The notes: generated by a model not told the origin, from the sequence alone. Positions 39,027-49,402 are shown, counted from the first letter of the stretch. The stretch is DNA of 64,000 nucleotides from an uncultured Clostridia bacterium (GCA_944412495.1 CALYBL010000017.1:87441-151440); one strand, 5' to 3'. Made by a program: numbers and translations.

Positions 39027-39962
39027 ATGAATGTTCTGTTTTTCAAATATGCTATAGAGGTAGAGCGCACACGCTCAATTTCACAGGCGGCGGAAAATCT
39101 ATTTATGGCCCAGCCAAATCTGAGCAAGGCCATAAAGGAGATGGAGGATACACTGGGCTTTAATATATTTGAAAGAAGCTCAAAGGGCGTTATACCCACT
39201 ATGCAGGGGAAGGAATTTTTGGTATATGCAAGGAATATCGTGTCGCAGCTTGAAAAAATAGACTCCATAGCAAAACCGAACAGCGCAGAGCTGCAGTCGC
39301 TCAAGGTGTCTATCCCGCGCGGCACATATGTTGCCTACGGCATGGCCAACTTTGTGCTTGGGCTCGACATGAGCAAGGGCATAGACATAAATGTGCAGGA
39401 GACAAACTCCGTTCAGACGATAAACAACATCGCCGGCGGTCAGTACGGGATAGGAATTATAAGATACCAGACGAAGTATGAAAAGTATTTTTTGGACTTT
39501 TTGTCGGAAAAGGACCTGCGGTATGAGACCATATGGGAGTTTGACAGCCTTGTACTGTTTTCAAAGGACCATAAGCTCGCCTCTCAGCCGGAAATCCGAT
39601 ATGAGCAGCTTGCCGATTATATAGAGATAATGCACGGTGATAACACAGTGCCGTACCTCTCTGCAAGCGACGGGCAGAATTACGAGAATCACCGCACAGA
39701 TAAAAGAATATGCCTTTATGAGCGCTGCAATCAGTTTGAGCTGCTGACGAAGGTGCCAACAACATATTTGTGGGTATCGCCCATTCCGGAGGATATTTTA
39801 AACCGCTATGAGCTGGTGCAGCGCCGCTGCATAACGGAAAGCAGAAGAAGCAAGGATGTCTTAATCTATCCCTCAGGATATAAGCTCACCTCGATGGACA
39901 AACGATTTATAGACAAGCTTTATGAGGCAAAAAATGAGGTCGCCTTCGAGGAATATAACTGA
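39027..39962 (+). CDS. LysR-family transcriptional regulator
   Basis: 311 aa. N-terminal wHTH FKYAIEVERTRSISQAAENLFMAQPNLSKAIKEMEDTLGFNIFERS. Confidence 0.85.
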   Translation: MNVLFFKYAIEVERTRSISQAAENLFMAQPNLSKAIKEMEDTLGFNIFERSSKGVIPTMQGKEFLVYARNIVSQLEKIDSIAKPNSAELQSLKVSIPRGTYVAYGMANFVLGLDMSKGIDINVQETNSVQTINNIAGGQYGIGIIRYQTKYEKYFLDFLSEKDLRYETIWEFDSLVLFSKDHKLASQPEIRYEQLADYIEIMHGDNTVPYLSASDGQNYENHRTDKRICLYERCNQFELLTKVPTTYLWVSPIPEDILNRYELVQRRCITESRRSKDVLIYPSGYKLTSMDKRFIDKLYEAKNEVAFEEYN

Positions 39963-40205
39963 GCTTAGAAAAGCAAATGAATATTTTGCCGATATATCAA
40001 AAAAGAATATTGATATGCATTTTTGATATGACCAAAGGGCCGTTTTGTCTGAAAAAATAAAAATTATGTAAAACTTAACAAATTATGTAAACCAATTTAT
40101 ATTAAAGACAAATTGTGCAGAATTATGTCGGATGAAAAAATGCGATAAACATGGCCTCGTTTATATATAATTTGTTAATGCCAACTGATTGATTGACATA
40201 ATTCA

Positions 40206-40240
40206 ATCGATAGTTTTGTATCGATAAATGTATATCGATA
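40206..40240 (+). promoter_or_regulatory. Three ATCGATA boxes at exact 14-bp spacing upstream of the alcohol dehydrogenase gene
   Basis: Boxes at 40206-40212, 40220-40226 and 40234-40240, just downstream of a TTGACA hexamer. Confidence 0.4.
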
Positions 40241-40340
40241 TGCAATTATTATATTTACATATTGATTATTATTTGATAAAATCTAAAAGAACGCAGAGCT
40301 TTAAGACTATTTTAAAATTTGAGCAATGGAGGAATTAAGT

Positions 40341-41558
40341 ATGGCGAGATTTACTTTACCGAGAGATTTGTATCACGGAAAGGGTGCATTGGAGCAGCTT
40401 AAGTCACTCGAAGGCAAAAGGGCAATGATATGTGTCGGCGGCAGCTCAATGCAGAAGTTCGGTTTTCTTGACAGGGCGAAGCAGTACCTTAAAGAGGCCG
40501 GAATGGAAGTAGAAGTATTTGAGGGAATTGAGTCTGACCCGTCGGTCGAGACTGTTATGAAGGGCGCTGACGCCATGCTGAAATTCCAGCCCGACTGGAT
40601 AGTAGCTATGGGCGGCGGCTCTCCGATAGATGCCGCAAAGGCAATGTGGATAAAGTATGAGTATCCTGACATCACCTTTGAGGAGATGTGCAAGGTATTC
40701 GGAATACCGAAGCTGCGCAGAAAGGCACAGTTCTGTGCTATTCCTTCAACCTCCGGTACAGCGACCGAGGTAACGGCTTTCTCCATAATCACCGATTACA
40801 GCAAGGGCATAAAATATCCTATAGCTGACTTTGAAATTACGCCGGACGTTGCGATAGTCGACCCGGATTTGGCTGAGACGATGCCTAAAAAGCTGGTTGC
40901 ACATACCGGTATGGACGCCATGACGCACGCTATCGAGGCGTATGTTTCGACTGCAAACTGCAATTACACCGATCCGCTTGCGATATTTGCAATAAGGATG
41001 ATACAAAACGACCTTGTAGATTCCTACAACGGCGATATGTCCAAGAGGGATGCCATGCACGACGCTCAGTGCCTTGCCGGCATGGCCTTCTCCAACGCTT
41101 TGCTGGGTATAGTACACTCTATGGCGCATAAGACAGGTGCGGCCTTTGCCGATTACGGCGCACACATCATCCACGGCGCCGCGAACGCGATGTATTTGCC
41201 GAAGGTCATCGCCTTCAACGCTAAGGATGAGACGGCTGCTAAGCGCTATGCGGCGATAGCCGACGAAATGAAGCTCGGCGGCAGCAGCGTTGAGGAAAAG
41301 ATAAGACTGCTTATAGATTATCTGCGCGGAATGAACGACAAGCTCAACATACCGCACTGCATAAAGAATTACGGCGCCGACAGCTATCCGACAGAGAACG
41401 GCTTTGTGCCTGAGAATGTCTTCCTTGAGAGACTGCCGGAGATTGCCAAGAACGCCATCGGCGATGCCTGCACGGGCTCCAACCCGCGTCAGCCGAGCCA
41501 GGAGGAGATGGAAAAGCTTCTTAAGTGCTGCTACTACGACGAGGAAGTTGACTTCTAA
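40341..41558 (+). CDS. Iron-containing (group III) alcohol dehydrogenase, butanol-dehydrogenase-like
   Basis: ATG 40341 follows GGAGG. GGGSPIDAAKA and the His-rich metal site ..HAIEAY.., ..HSMAHKTG.., ..HGAANA... Confidence 0.85.
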   Translation: MARFTLPRDLYHGKGALEQLKSLEGKRAMICVGGSSMQKFGFLDRAKQYLKEAGMEVEVFEGIESDPSVETVMKGADAMLKFQPDWIVAMGGGSPIDAAKAMWIKYEYPDITFEEMCKVFGIPKLRRKAQFCAIPSTSGTATEVTAFSIITDYSKGIKYPIADFEITPDVAIVDPDLAETMPKKLVAHTGMDAMTHAIEAYVSTANCNYTDPLAIFAIRMIQNDLVDSYNGDMSKRDAMHDAQCLAGMAFSNALLGIVHSMAHKTGAAFADYGAHIIHGAANAMYLPKVIAFNAKDETAAKRYAAIADEMKLGGSSVEEKIRLLIDYLRGMNDKLNIPHCIKNYGADSYPTENGFVPENVFLERLPEIAKNAIGDACTGSNPRQPSQEEMEKLLKCCYYDEEVDF

Positions 41559-41573
41559 GCTTGAGCCATACAT

Positions 41574-41611
41574 AGCGGCTGCTGCTTGATTAATTTGCGG
41601 CAGCCGCTTTC
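41574..41611 (+). terminator. Intrinsic terminator after adh
   Basis: AGCGGCTGC...GCAGCCGCT followed by TTTC. Confidence 0.6.
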
Positions 41612-41656
41612 ACGCGTTATATAGACGCTTTTTATACTGAAAAGGGAGACATTATA

Positions 41657-42499
41657 ATGTACAAAATTCTTGAAAAAAGAGAGCTCAATCCCACAGTAAC
41701 GCTCATGGTGGTAGATGCCCCGCTGGTTGCAAAGAAGGGCGAGCCGGGGCAGTTTATCATCCTGCGCGTAGACGAGGAGGGTGAGCGAATCCCCCTTACC
41801 ATTGCCGATTATGACAGGGAAAAGGGCACGGTTACGATAATATTTCAGGTGGTCGGCGCTACGACGGAAAAGCTCAATCATTTAAACGAGGGCGATTATA
41901 TTCACGACTTTGTCGGCCCGCTGGGACGAGCAACAAAGACGGAGGGGCTCAAAAAGGTCGCCGTTGTCGGCGGCGGCGTCGGCTGTGCCATCGCATATCC
42001 CGTTACAAAGAAGCTGCATGAGCAGGGCTGCGAGGTTCACGCCATAGCGGGATTCAGAAGCAAGGACCTTGTGATATTAGAGGACGAGTTTGAGAAAAAC
42101 AGCACGAAATTCGTCAGGATGAGCGACGACGGCACATGGGGTGACAAGGGTCTTGTCACCGACGCACTGCGCAAGCTTATTGAAAGCGGCGAGACATACG
42201 ACGAGGTCATAACAATAGGTCCGCTGATAATGATGAAATTCGTATGCGCACTCACCAAGGAATATGGGATAAAGACGGTCGCAAGCATGAATCCGATAAT
42301 GGTCGACGGCACCGGCATGTGCGGCGGCTGCCGCCTTACGGTCGGCGGCGAGACGAAGTTCGCCTGCGTTGACGGACCGGAGTTTGACGGACATGAAATA
42401 GATTTTGATGAGGCCATGGCGCGCGGTGCGACATATAAGGATTTCGAGCGTCATGCCTATGAGGAAACCTGCAATCTTTTTAAAGCGGAGGTAAAGTAA
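41657..42499 (+). CDS. nfnA: NfnA-type FAD/[2Fe-2S] oxidoreductase (sulfide/dihydroorotate dehydrogenase-like small subunit)
   Basis: 280 aa. C-terminal cluster motif DGTGMCGGCR..FACVDGPEF. Immediately followed by the GltD-like partner. Confidence 0.8.
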   Translation: MYKILEKRELNPTVTLMVVDAPLVAKKGEPGQFIILRVDEEGERIPLTIADYDREKGTVTIIFQVVGATTEKLNHLNEGDYIHDFVGPLGRATKTEGLKKVAVVGGGVGCAIAYPVTKKLHEQGCEVHAIAGFRSKDLVILEDEFEKNSTKFVRMSDDGTWGDKGLVTDALRKLIESGETYDEVITIGPLIMMKFVCALTKEYGIKTVASMNPIMVDGTGMCGGCRLTVGGETKFACVDGPEFDGHEIDFDEAMARGATYKDFERHAYEETCNLFKAEVK

Positions 42500-42500
42500 G

Positions 42501-43895
42501 ATGCCTAATATGTCTCTTAAGAAAAACGAAATGCCCTCACAGAGCCCGGAGGTAAGGCGCAGCAATTTTAAAGAGGTTGCGCTCGGCTACACTGAGGAGC
42601 AGGCGATAGACGAGGCTCAGCGCTGCCTCCACTGCAAGCATAAGCCGTGCGTAAGCGGCTGCCCTGTGCAGATAAATATTCCAGAGTTTATAAAAGAAGT
42701 GGCAGAGGGAAATTTTGAGAAAGCGTACGAAATAATATCAGAGTCGAGCTCACTGCCCGCCGTGTGCGGAAGGGTATGCCCGCAGGAGACTCAGTGCGAG
42801 CAGAAATGCGTCCGCGGCATAAAGGGAGAGCCGGTTGCGATAGGCCGTCTTGAGCGCTTTGTGGCGGATTATCACAACGCTCACAGTGAGGAAAAGGCGA
42901 AGGCTCCGGCGAAAAACGGCCACAAGGTAGCTGTCATAGGCTCCGGCCCTGCCGGCCTTACCTGCGCCGGCGACCTGGCCAAGAAGGGCTATGACGTAAC
43001 GGTGTTCGAGGCGCTGCATCTGGCCGGCGGTGTGCTGGTATACGGCATACCGGAGTTCCGTCTGCCGAAATCCATAGTGCAAAAGGAAATTGACACGCTC
43101 AAGGAGATAGGTGTTAAGGTCGAGACAAACGTTGTTGTCGGCAAAACCTTCTCCATAGATGAGCTGCTGGACGAATACAAGTTCGAGGCTGTATTCATAG
43201 GCTCCGGCGCCGGTCTGCCAAAGTTCATGAACATAAAGGGCGAGAACTTAAAGGGCGTATATTCTGCAAATGAATTTTTAACGCGTATAAATCTTATGAA
43301 GGCCTATAAGCCGGACAGCAGCACGCCTGTCCAGCACAGTAAGCATGTGTCGGTTGTCGGCGGCGGCAACGTCGCGATGGACGCTGCAAGATGCGCGCGC
43401 AGGCTTGGTGCAGAGGTTACGGTAGTCTACCGCCGCACAGAGGCGGAACTTCCGGCACGCCGCGAAGAGGTCGAGCATGCCATGGAAGAGGGAATAGAGT
43501 TTAAATTCCTGACAAATCCCGTTAAGATAACCGGCGACGATAATGGCTGGGTAAACGGACTTATCTGCCGCCAGATGGAGCTTGGCGAGCCGGACGAGTC
43601 GGGACGCAGGCGCCCGATTCCGGTGGAGGGCAGCGACTTTACGCTCAACACCGACTGCGTGATAATGGCGCTCGGCACATCACCGAACCCGCTGATAAAA
43701 TCTACCACGAAGGGCCTTGAGACCCAAAAATGGGGCGGTATAATAGCCGACGAGGAGACCGGACTCACCTCCAGAGAGGGAGTATATGCCGGCGGTGACG
43801 CTGTTACAGGCGCTGCAACCGTTATACTTGCAATGGGCGCCGGCAAAAACGCCGCCGCGGCTATTGACGAGTATCTGCGGAACAAAGGGGAATAG
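42501..43895 (+). CDS. nfnB: NfnB-type GltD-like NADPH-dependent oxidoreductase (glutamate synthase small-chain family)
   Basis: 464 aa. Two [4Fe-4S] Cys motifs (CLHCKHKPC, CPV..; CGRVCP), GSGPAGL, and GGGNVAMD dinucleotide folds. Confidence 0.8.
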   Translation: MPNMSLKKNEMPSQSPEVRRSNFKEVALGYTEEQAIDEAQRCLHCKHKPCVSGCPVQINIPEFIKEVAEGNFEKAYEIISESSSLPAVCGRVCPQETQCEQKCVRGIKGEPVAIGRLERFVADYHNAHSEEKAKAPAKNGHKVAVIGSGPAGLTCAGDLAKKGYDVTVFEALHLAGGVLVYGIPEFRLPKSIVQKEIDTLKEIGVKVETNVVVGKTFSIDELLDEYKFEAVFIGSGAGLPKFMNIKGENLKGVYSANEFLTRINLMKAYKPDSSTPVQHSKHVSVVGGGNVAMDAARCARRLGAEVTVVYRRTEAELPARREEVEHAMEEGIEFKFLTNPVKITGDDNGWVNGLICRQMELGEPDESGRRRPIPVEGSDFTLNTDCVIMALGTSPNPLIKSTTKGLETQKWGGIIADEETGLTSREGVYAGGDAVTGAATVILAMGAGKNAAAAIDEYLRNKGE

Positions 43896-43898
43896 CAT

Positions 43899-44537
43899 AT
43901 GTCCAATGCAAACCCGATATCTACACAGACATTAAGGCGCCTGCCTACATATTATGACTATCTTAAATCACTGCCCGCGGAGGTGAAGAACATATCCGCT
44001 ACCTCCATAGCGAGAGAGCTCCGGCTTAACGATGTTCAGGTGCGCAAGGATTTGGCGCTGGTGAGCGGCGGCGGGAAGCCGAAGGTGGGATATGTGGTTG
44101 AGCATCTGATAGACGATATAGGGCGTTATCTGAGATATGACTATGTAGACAGGGCTGTTTTGGCGGGCGCAGGCAATATGGGCCACGCGCTCATGTGCTA
44201 CGAGGGCTTTGCCCGGTACGGTCTGGATATAGTGACGGCGTTCGACAACAACGCCGGCGTTATAGGTACATATATAAACGGAAAGCGTGTGCTGCCCATA
44301 GAGGAAATGGGCAGCATATGCTCAAAGCAGGATATAAAGATAGGTATTATCACGGTGCCGGCCGCGGCGGCTCAGGATGTCTGCAATATAATGGTACAGA
44401 GCGGCATAAAGGCGATATGGAACTTTGCCGCGGTAAAGCTCAACACGCCGAAGGGCGTTATTGTGCAGAACGAGGATCTTGTGGCCTCGCTTGCGGTGCT
44501 GTCGCGGCATTTGAAGCAGGGCGGTGACGAAGCATAA
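43899..44537 (+). CDS. rex: Redox-sensing transcriptional repressor Rex
   Basis: 212 aa. ..TLRRLPTYYDYLKSL.. wHTH plus Rossmann GAGNMGHAL. Confidence 0.9.
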   Translation: MSNANPISTQTLRRLPTYYDYLKSLPAEVKNISATSIARELRLNDVQVRKDLALVSGGGKPKVGYVVEHLIDDIGRYLRYDYVDRAVLAGAGNMGHALMCYEGFARYGLDIVTAFDNNAGVIGTYINGKRVLPIEEMGSICSKQDIKIGIITVPAAAAQDVCNIMVQSGIKAIWNFAAVKLNTPKGVIVQNEDLVASLAVLSRHLKQGGDEA

Positions 44538-44787
44538 CGCCGTTTATGCTAAAGACACGGGCACAACACGCTTTATACATATTTGCTGTGCGCCAAAAAT
44601 TCATTTGAAATTCGGACGGCCCGGACGGCCAATAGCGGAGCGGCTCCTTCGCCGTCATTGTACGGCTCGCCGCACACAGCGCCGGAGCGGCGGCTTTGTC
44701 AGACTCCGGCACTGATGCGGCGGATATTTTGGTGCTGCACAGGATTTTAGGAATAAAAAATAAAAAAGACAGGTAAGGAGAATATTT

Positions 44788-45189
44788 ATGCCAAGTGAGC
44801 TGCGTGAAGGAATAACAGGCAGCAGTGAGACATTAGTTGATGAGAGCAACACAGCTCTTGCCATGGGCAGCGGCGAGCTGGAGGTTTTTGCCACTCCGGC
44901 AATGGTCGCGCTGATGGAGGAGGCCGCCGCTGAGAGCGTAAAGCCGTATTTGGATGAAAACAGCACCACTGTCGGCACGGCGCTCAATGTGGAGCATATA
45001 TCCGCCACGCCAATAGGTGTAAGCGTGAGATGTGAAAGCGAGCTTTGCCATATAGACGGCAGGAAGCTCGTGTTCAACGTGACGGCGTTTGACGCCGCAG
45101 GCGTTATAGGAAAGGGACGGCATGAGCGCTTTATTGTCGAAAAGGAGCGCTTTATGAAAAAGGCCGAAGCCAAAAGAGCAGAGCAGTAA
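44788..45189 (+). CDS. Hotdog-fold thioesterase-family protein
   Basis: 133 aa. The pattern ..AMGSGELEVFATPAMVALME...EHISATPIG.. is typical of small thioesterases. Confidence 0.6.
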   Translation: MPSELREGITGSSETLVDESNTALAMGSGELEVFATPAMVALMEEAAAESVKPYLDENSTTVGTALNVEHISATPIGVSVRCESELCHIDGRKLVFNVTAFDAAGVIGKGRHERFIVEKERFMKKAEAKRAEQ

Positions 45190-45339
45190 GTCCATAGGGG
45201 GCTGAAAGGAGAACGGCCGGTGTGCAGTCAGAGAATGCCGTACGGCCGGAAGTAAATACGGATTCAACATGATTTCTGCGGCCAAAAAACGGCCGCTGAA
45301 ATTGTGTTTTGAATAAAGGCAATCTGTTTGGAGGTAAGT

Positions 45340-45816
45340 ATGAACGAAAACTTTGACTATGGTGTAGTCGACGGGATACTTGAAGAATTAGGCTGCAGTG
45401 AAACCAACATTATAGCTATACTTCAGAGTGTTCAGGAGCACTACCGCTATCTTCCGCGCGAGGTATTTCCGTATCTTGCGCTAAAGCTCGGTGTGCCGGA
45501 AGCGCAGATTTACAGCGTGGCGACCTTTTACGAGAATTTCTCGCTTGAGCCGAAGGGCAAGTTTATAATAAAGGTCTGCGACGGCACCGCCTGCCACGTG
45601 CGCAAATCGATACCGATACTCGAACGTCTGCGCGGCGAGCTTGAGTTGTCTGACAAAAAGCACACGACGGACGATCTGTCGTTTACGGTAGAGACGGTCT
45701 CGTGCCTCGGCGCCTGCGGCCTGGCGCCGGTAATTACCGTTAATGACAAGGTATATCCGGCAATGTCGCCGGAAAAGGTGTCGGCACTTTTGGACGAGCT
45801 TAAGGAAGAGGTGTAG
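45340..45816 (+). CDS. hydC: [FeFe]-hydrogenase NuoE-like [2Fe-2S] subunit
   Basis: ATG 45340 follows GGAGG. Motifs CDGTACH...CLGACGLAP. Confidence 0.85.
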   Translation: MNENFDYGVVDGILEELGCSETNIIAILQSVQEHYRYLPREVFPYLALKLGVPEAQIYSVATFYENFSLEPKGKFIIKVCDGTACHVRKSIPILERLRGELELSDKKHTTDDLSFTVETVSCLGACGLAPVITVNDKVYPAMSPEKVSALLDELKEEV

Positions 45817-45817
45817 T

Positions 45818-47695
45818 ATGAAGCTTAAGAATCAGAAGGACTTGGATAAAATCCGAGATATATACGCAAATTCACTCAAACACGAGACGAAGAAGATACT
45901 TGTCTGCGCCGGCACCGGCTGTGTGTCGAGCGGCTCGCTGGAGATATTCGACCGGCTGACCGAGCTTTTAAAGGACAGGGACATAAAATGTTCTGTGCAG
46001 CTTGAGAAGGAGCCGCACGGCGACAGTGTAGGCGTCAAAAAGAGCGGCTGCCACGGCTTTTGCGAGATGGGCCCGCTGGTGAGGATAGAGCCGCAGGGCT
46101 GGCTTTACACCAAGGTTCAGCTGTCCGACTGCGAGGATATAATAGACAAAACCGTAATAAACGGCGAGCATATAGAGCGCCTTGCCTATCAGAAGGGCGG
46201 CAAGGTATGCAAGAAGCAGGACGACATCCCGTTTTACAAAAAGCAGACCCGCCTTGTTTTGGAGCACTGCGGGCATATAGACTCCACCTCCATAAACGAG
46301 TATTTAGGGATGGGCGGCTACAAGGCGTTTGAGAAGGCGCTGTTTGAAATGAGCGCAGACGAGATAATAAACGAGATAAGCGAATCCAACCTGCGCGGCA
46401 GAGGCGGCGGCGGCTTCCCGGCCGGCCGCAAATGGTCACAGGTGAAGCGCCAGACGGCCGAGCAGAAATATGTAGTCTGCAACGGCGACGAGGGTGACCC
46501 CGGCGCGTTTATGGACCGCAGCATTATGGAAGGCGACCCCCACCGTATGCTGGAGGGAATGATGATAGCCGGCCTTGCCTGCGGCGCCAGCGAGGGCTAC
46601 ATATACGTCCGCGCGGAATATCCTCTGGCGGTATCGAGGCTGCGTACGGCGATCGACCAGGCAAAGGAGCTGGGCCTGCTGGGCGACAACATACTCGGCA
46701 CGGACTTCAGCTTTAATCTGCATATAAACCGCGGCGCCGGCGCATTTGTGTGCGGTGAAGGCAGCGCGCTTACGGCATCTATCGAGGGCAAGCGCGGCAT
46801 GCCGAGGGTAAAGCCTCCGCGCACCGTTGAGCACGGCCTGTTCAATATGCCGACGGTGCTCAATAACGTTGAGACGTACGCAAACGTCCCGCTGATAATC
46901 AACAGGGGCGCTGCGTGGTATAAATCGATAGGTCCGGAGAACAGTCCAGGAACAAAGGCGTTTGCCCTTACCGGCAACATAGAGAACACCGGGCTTATAG
47001 AGGTACCGATGGGCACCACTCTGCGCGAGGTCATATTCGACATCGGCGGCGGCATGCGCGGCGGCGGAGAGTTCAAGGCCGTGCAGATAGGCGGCCCGTC
47101 CGGCGGCTGCCTTACCAAGGAGCATCTTGACCTTCCGCTCGACTTTGACTCGCTTAAAAAGGCCGGCGCCATGATAGGCTCCGGCGGTCTGGTGGTAATG
47201 GACGACAAGACCTGCATGGTAGAGGTCGCGCGGTTCTTCATGAACTTTACGCAGAACGAATCCTGCGGCAAGTGCGTTCCCTGCCGCGAGGGCACAAAGC
47301 GCATGCTTGAGATACTCGAGAGGATAGTCGACGGCAAGGGCGAGGACGGCGACATAGAGCTGCTGCTCGAGCTGGCCGACACAATATCGGCAACAGCGCT
47401 TTGCGGACTCGGCAAGACGGCGGCGTTCCCGGTGGTCAGCACGATAAAGAGCTTCAGGGACGAGTACGAGGCGCATATATACGATAAGCGCTGCCCGGCC
47501 GGCAACTGCCAGAAGCTAAAGAGAATAGAAATTGTGCCGGAGCTGTGCAAGGGCTGTTCAAAGTGCTCGCGCATATGCCCCGTAAGCGCAATAAGCGGCA
47601 AGGTGAAGGAGCCGTTTGTGATAGACCAGTCTAAATGCATAAAATGCGGGGCATGCTTAGAGTCCTGCCCCTTCCACGCGATAAAGGAGAATTAG
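45818..47695 (+). CDS. hydB: [FeFe]-hydrogenase NuoF-like flavoprotein subunit (NADH/FMN binding)
   Basis: ATG 45818. GRGGGGFPAGRKW, ESCGKCVPCREG, and a C-terminal 2x[4Fe-4S] ferredoxin domain. Confidence 0.85.
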   Translation: MKLKNQKDLDKIRDIYANSLKHETKKILVCAGTGCVSSGSLEIFDRLTELLKDRDIKCSVQLEKEPHGDSVGVKKSGCHGFCEMGPLVRIEPQGWLYTKVQLSDCEDIIDKTVINGEHIERLAYQKGGKVCKKQDDIPFYKKQTRLVLEHCGHIDSTSINEYLGMGGYKAFEKALFEMSADEIINEISESNLRGRGGGGFPAGRKWSQVKRQTAEQKYVVCNGDEGDPGAFMDRSIMEGDPHRMLEGMMIAGLACGASEGYIYVRAEYPLAVSRLRTAIDQAKELGLLGDNILGTDFSFNLHINRGAGAFVCGEGSALTASIEGKRGMPRVKPPRTVEHGLFNMPTVLNNVETYANVPLIINRGAAWYKSIGPENSPGTKAFALTGNIENTGLIEVPMGTTLREVIFDIGGGMRGGGEFKAVQIGGPSGGCLTKEHLDLPLDFDSLKKAGAMIGSGGLVVMDDKTCMVEVARFFMNFTQNESCGKCVPCREGTKRMLEILERIVDGKGEDGDIELLLELADTISATALCGLGKTAAFPVVSTIKSFRDEYEAHIYDKRCPAGNCQKLKRIEIVPELCKGCSKCSRICPVSAISGKVKEPFVIDQSKCIKCGACLESCPFHAIKEN

Positions 47696-47698
47696 TTA

Positions 47699-49402
47699 AT
47701 GGAAAAAAAGGAATTTATGACGATAGACGGAATACCGGTGGAAATAAACGGCGAGAAGAATCTGCTTGAGCTTATACGCAAGGTTGGCATAAAGATGCCC
47801 ACATTCTGCTATCACACCGATTTGTCGGTGTACGGCGCCTGCCGCATGTGCATGGTTGAAAACGAATGGGGAACGCTTGACGCCGCCTGCTCCACTCCGC
47901 CCAAGGCCGGCATGAAGATAAGGACAAATACCGAGCGTCTGCGCAAATACCGCAAGAATATACTCGAGCTGCTGCTTGCCAATCACTGCCGTGACTGCAC
48001 GACCTGCGACAATAACGGCCAGTGCAAGCTTCAGGATTTGGCCATGCGTTTTAATATAGAGGGCGTGCGCTTCCCGAACACGGCGGCCAAGCCGAAAATA
48101 GACGATTCCTCCGTCTGCATAACGCGCGACGCGCACAAGTGCATTCTCTGCGGCGACTGCGTCCGCATGTGCAATGAGATACAGAATGTCGGCGCCATAG
48201 ACTTTGCGCACCGCGGCTCTAAAATGACGATAAGCACGGCTTTCGACAAGCCGCTGTCTGAGTCCCCGTGCGTCGGCTGCGGCCAGTGCGCGGCGGTATG
48301 CCCGACGGGCGCGATAGTCGTTAAAAACGATATACGCCGCGTGTGGGATGCTCTGGACGACGAGAATGTTCGGGTGTCTGTGCAGATAGCGCCGGCGGTC
48401 CGAGTGGCGATGAGCAAGGAGCTTCGCATGAAGGACGGCGAGAACTATATCGGCCGTATCGTGGCGGCGTTGCACCGCATGGGCTTTGACGAGGTATATG
48501 ACACCTCCACCGGTGCGGACCTTACGGTAATGGAGGAGTCGGCCGAGCTTGTGGAGAAGCTTGACAAGAATCTCAACAGCGATATGCCGCTGTTTACCTC
48601 CTGCTGTCCGGCGTGGGTGCAGTACTGCGAGAAGAAATATCCCGAGCTGCTGCCCTTCATCTCTACCTCGCGTTCACCGATGCAGATGTTTGCGTCCGTT
48701 ATAAAGGAAAATGCCAAGACCTACTCGCAAAAGCACTTCCACGTGGCCGTAATGCCATGCACCGCCAAGAAATTCGAGGCTTCACGCGACGAGTTCAAGA
48801 CAAAGGGGATACCCAATGTCGATGCGGTAATAACGACGCAGGAGTTTATACGCATGATAAAGGAATCGGGAGTGCTGTTCAGAGAGCTTGAGCCGGAGGC
48901 GGTGGACATGCCGTTCGGCATGATGACCGGTGCCGGCGTTATCTTCGGCGTGACCGGCGGTGTTACCGAGGCAGTGCTCCGCCGCATATCCGATGATAAA
49001 TCCGGAACAGCTATTATGTCCATTGCTTATCAGGGCGTAAGAGGTCTTGACGGAGTAAAGGAAACGACGATAAAATACGGCGGCAGAGACGTGCGGATAG
49101 GAATAGTAAGCGGGCTTAAGAACGCCGATAATCTCATACAGCGCATCAAGGCCGGCGAGCACTTTGACTTTGTAGAGGTCATGGCGTGTCCCGGTGGCTG
49201 CATCAACGGCGCCGGCCAGCCCTTTTCCGGCACCTCGGATGTTAAGGAGAAGAGGGGCAAGGGCCTTTACTCCGCCGACAAGATGTGTAATATCAAGAGC
49301 TCGGACGACAATCCGCTTATGGCAATGCTTTACGGCGGCCTGCTCGAGGGACGCACACATGAGCTGCTGCATGTCGATTATACCGCAGGCAGGGACAAGT
49401 AA
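47699..49402 (+). CDS. hydA: [FeFe]-hydrogenase catalytic subunit (H-cluster), NADP/NAD-reducing bifurcating type
   Basis: 567 aa. N-terminal 2Fe-2S/4Fe-4S domains and H-cluster motifs TSCCPAW, MPCTAKKFE, EVMACPGGC. Confidence 0.9.
   Translation: MEKKEFMTIDGIPVEINGEKNLLELIRKVGIKMPTFCYHTDLSVYGACRMCMVENEWGTLDAACSTPPKAGMKIRTNTERLRKYRKNILELLLANHCRDCTTCDNNGQCKLQDLAMRFNIEGVRFPNTAAKPKIDDSSVCITRDAHKCILCGDCVRMCNEIQNVGAIDFAHRGSKMTISTAFDKPLSESPCVGCGQCAAVCPTGAIVVKNDIRRVWDALDDENVRVSVQIAPAVRVAMSKELRMKDGENYIGRIVAALHRMGFDEVYDTSTGADLTVMEESAELVEKLDKNLNSDMPLFTSCCPAWVQYCEKKYPELLPFISTSRSPMQMFASVIKENAKTYSQKHFHVAVMPCTAKKFEASRDEFKTKGIPNVDAVITTQEFIRMIKESGVLFRELEPEAVDMPFGMMTGAGVIFGVTGGVTEAVLRRISDDKSGTAIMSIAYQGVRGLDGVKETTIKYGGRDVRIGIVSGLKNADNLIQRIKAGEHFDFVEVMACPGGCINGAGQPFSGTSDVKEKRGKGLYSADKMCNIKSSDDNPLMAMLYGGLLEGRTHELLHVDYTAGRDK

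Noticed and set aside
40062-40090. Possible Rex operator upstream of adh (TTATGTAAAACTTAACAA), plus the half-site TTGTTAA at 40172.
   Set aside because: Only one half matches the TTGTTAA-N4-TTAACAA consensus, and the left half is poor. The sequence is better described as part of an AATTATGTAA direct repeat.
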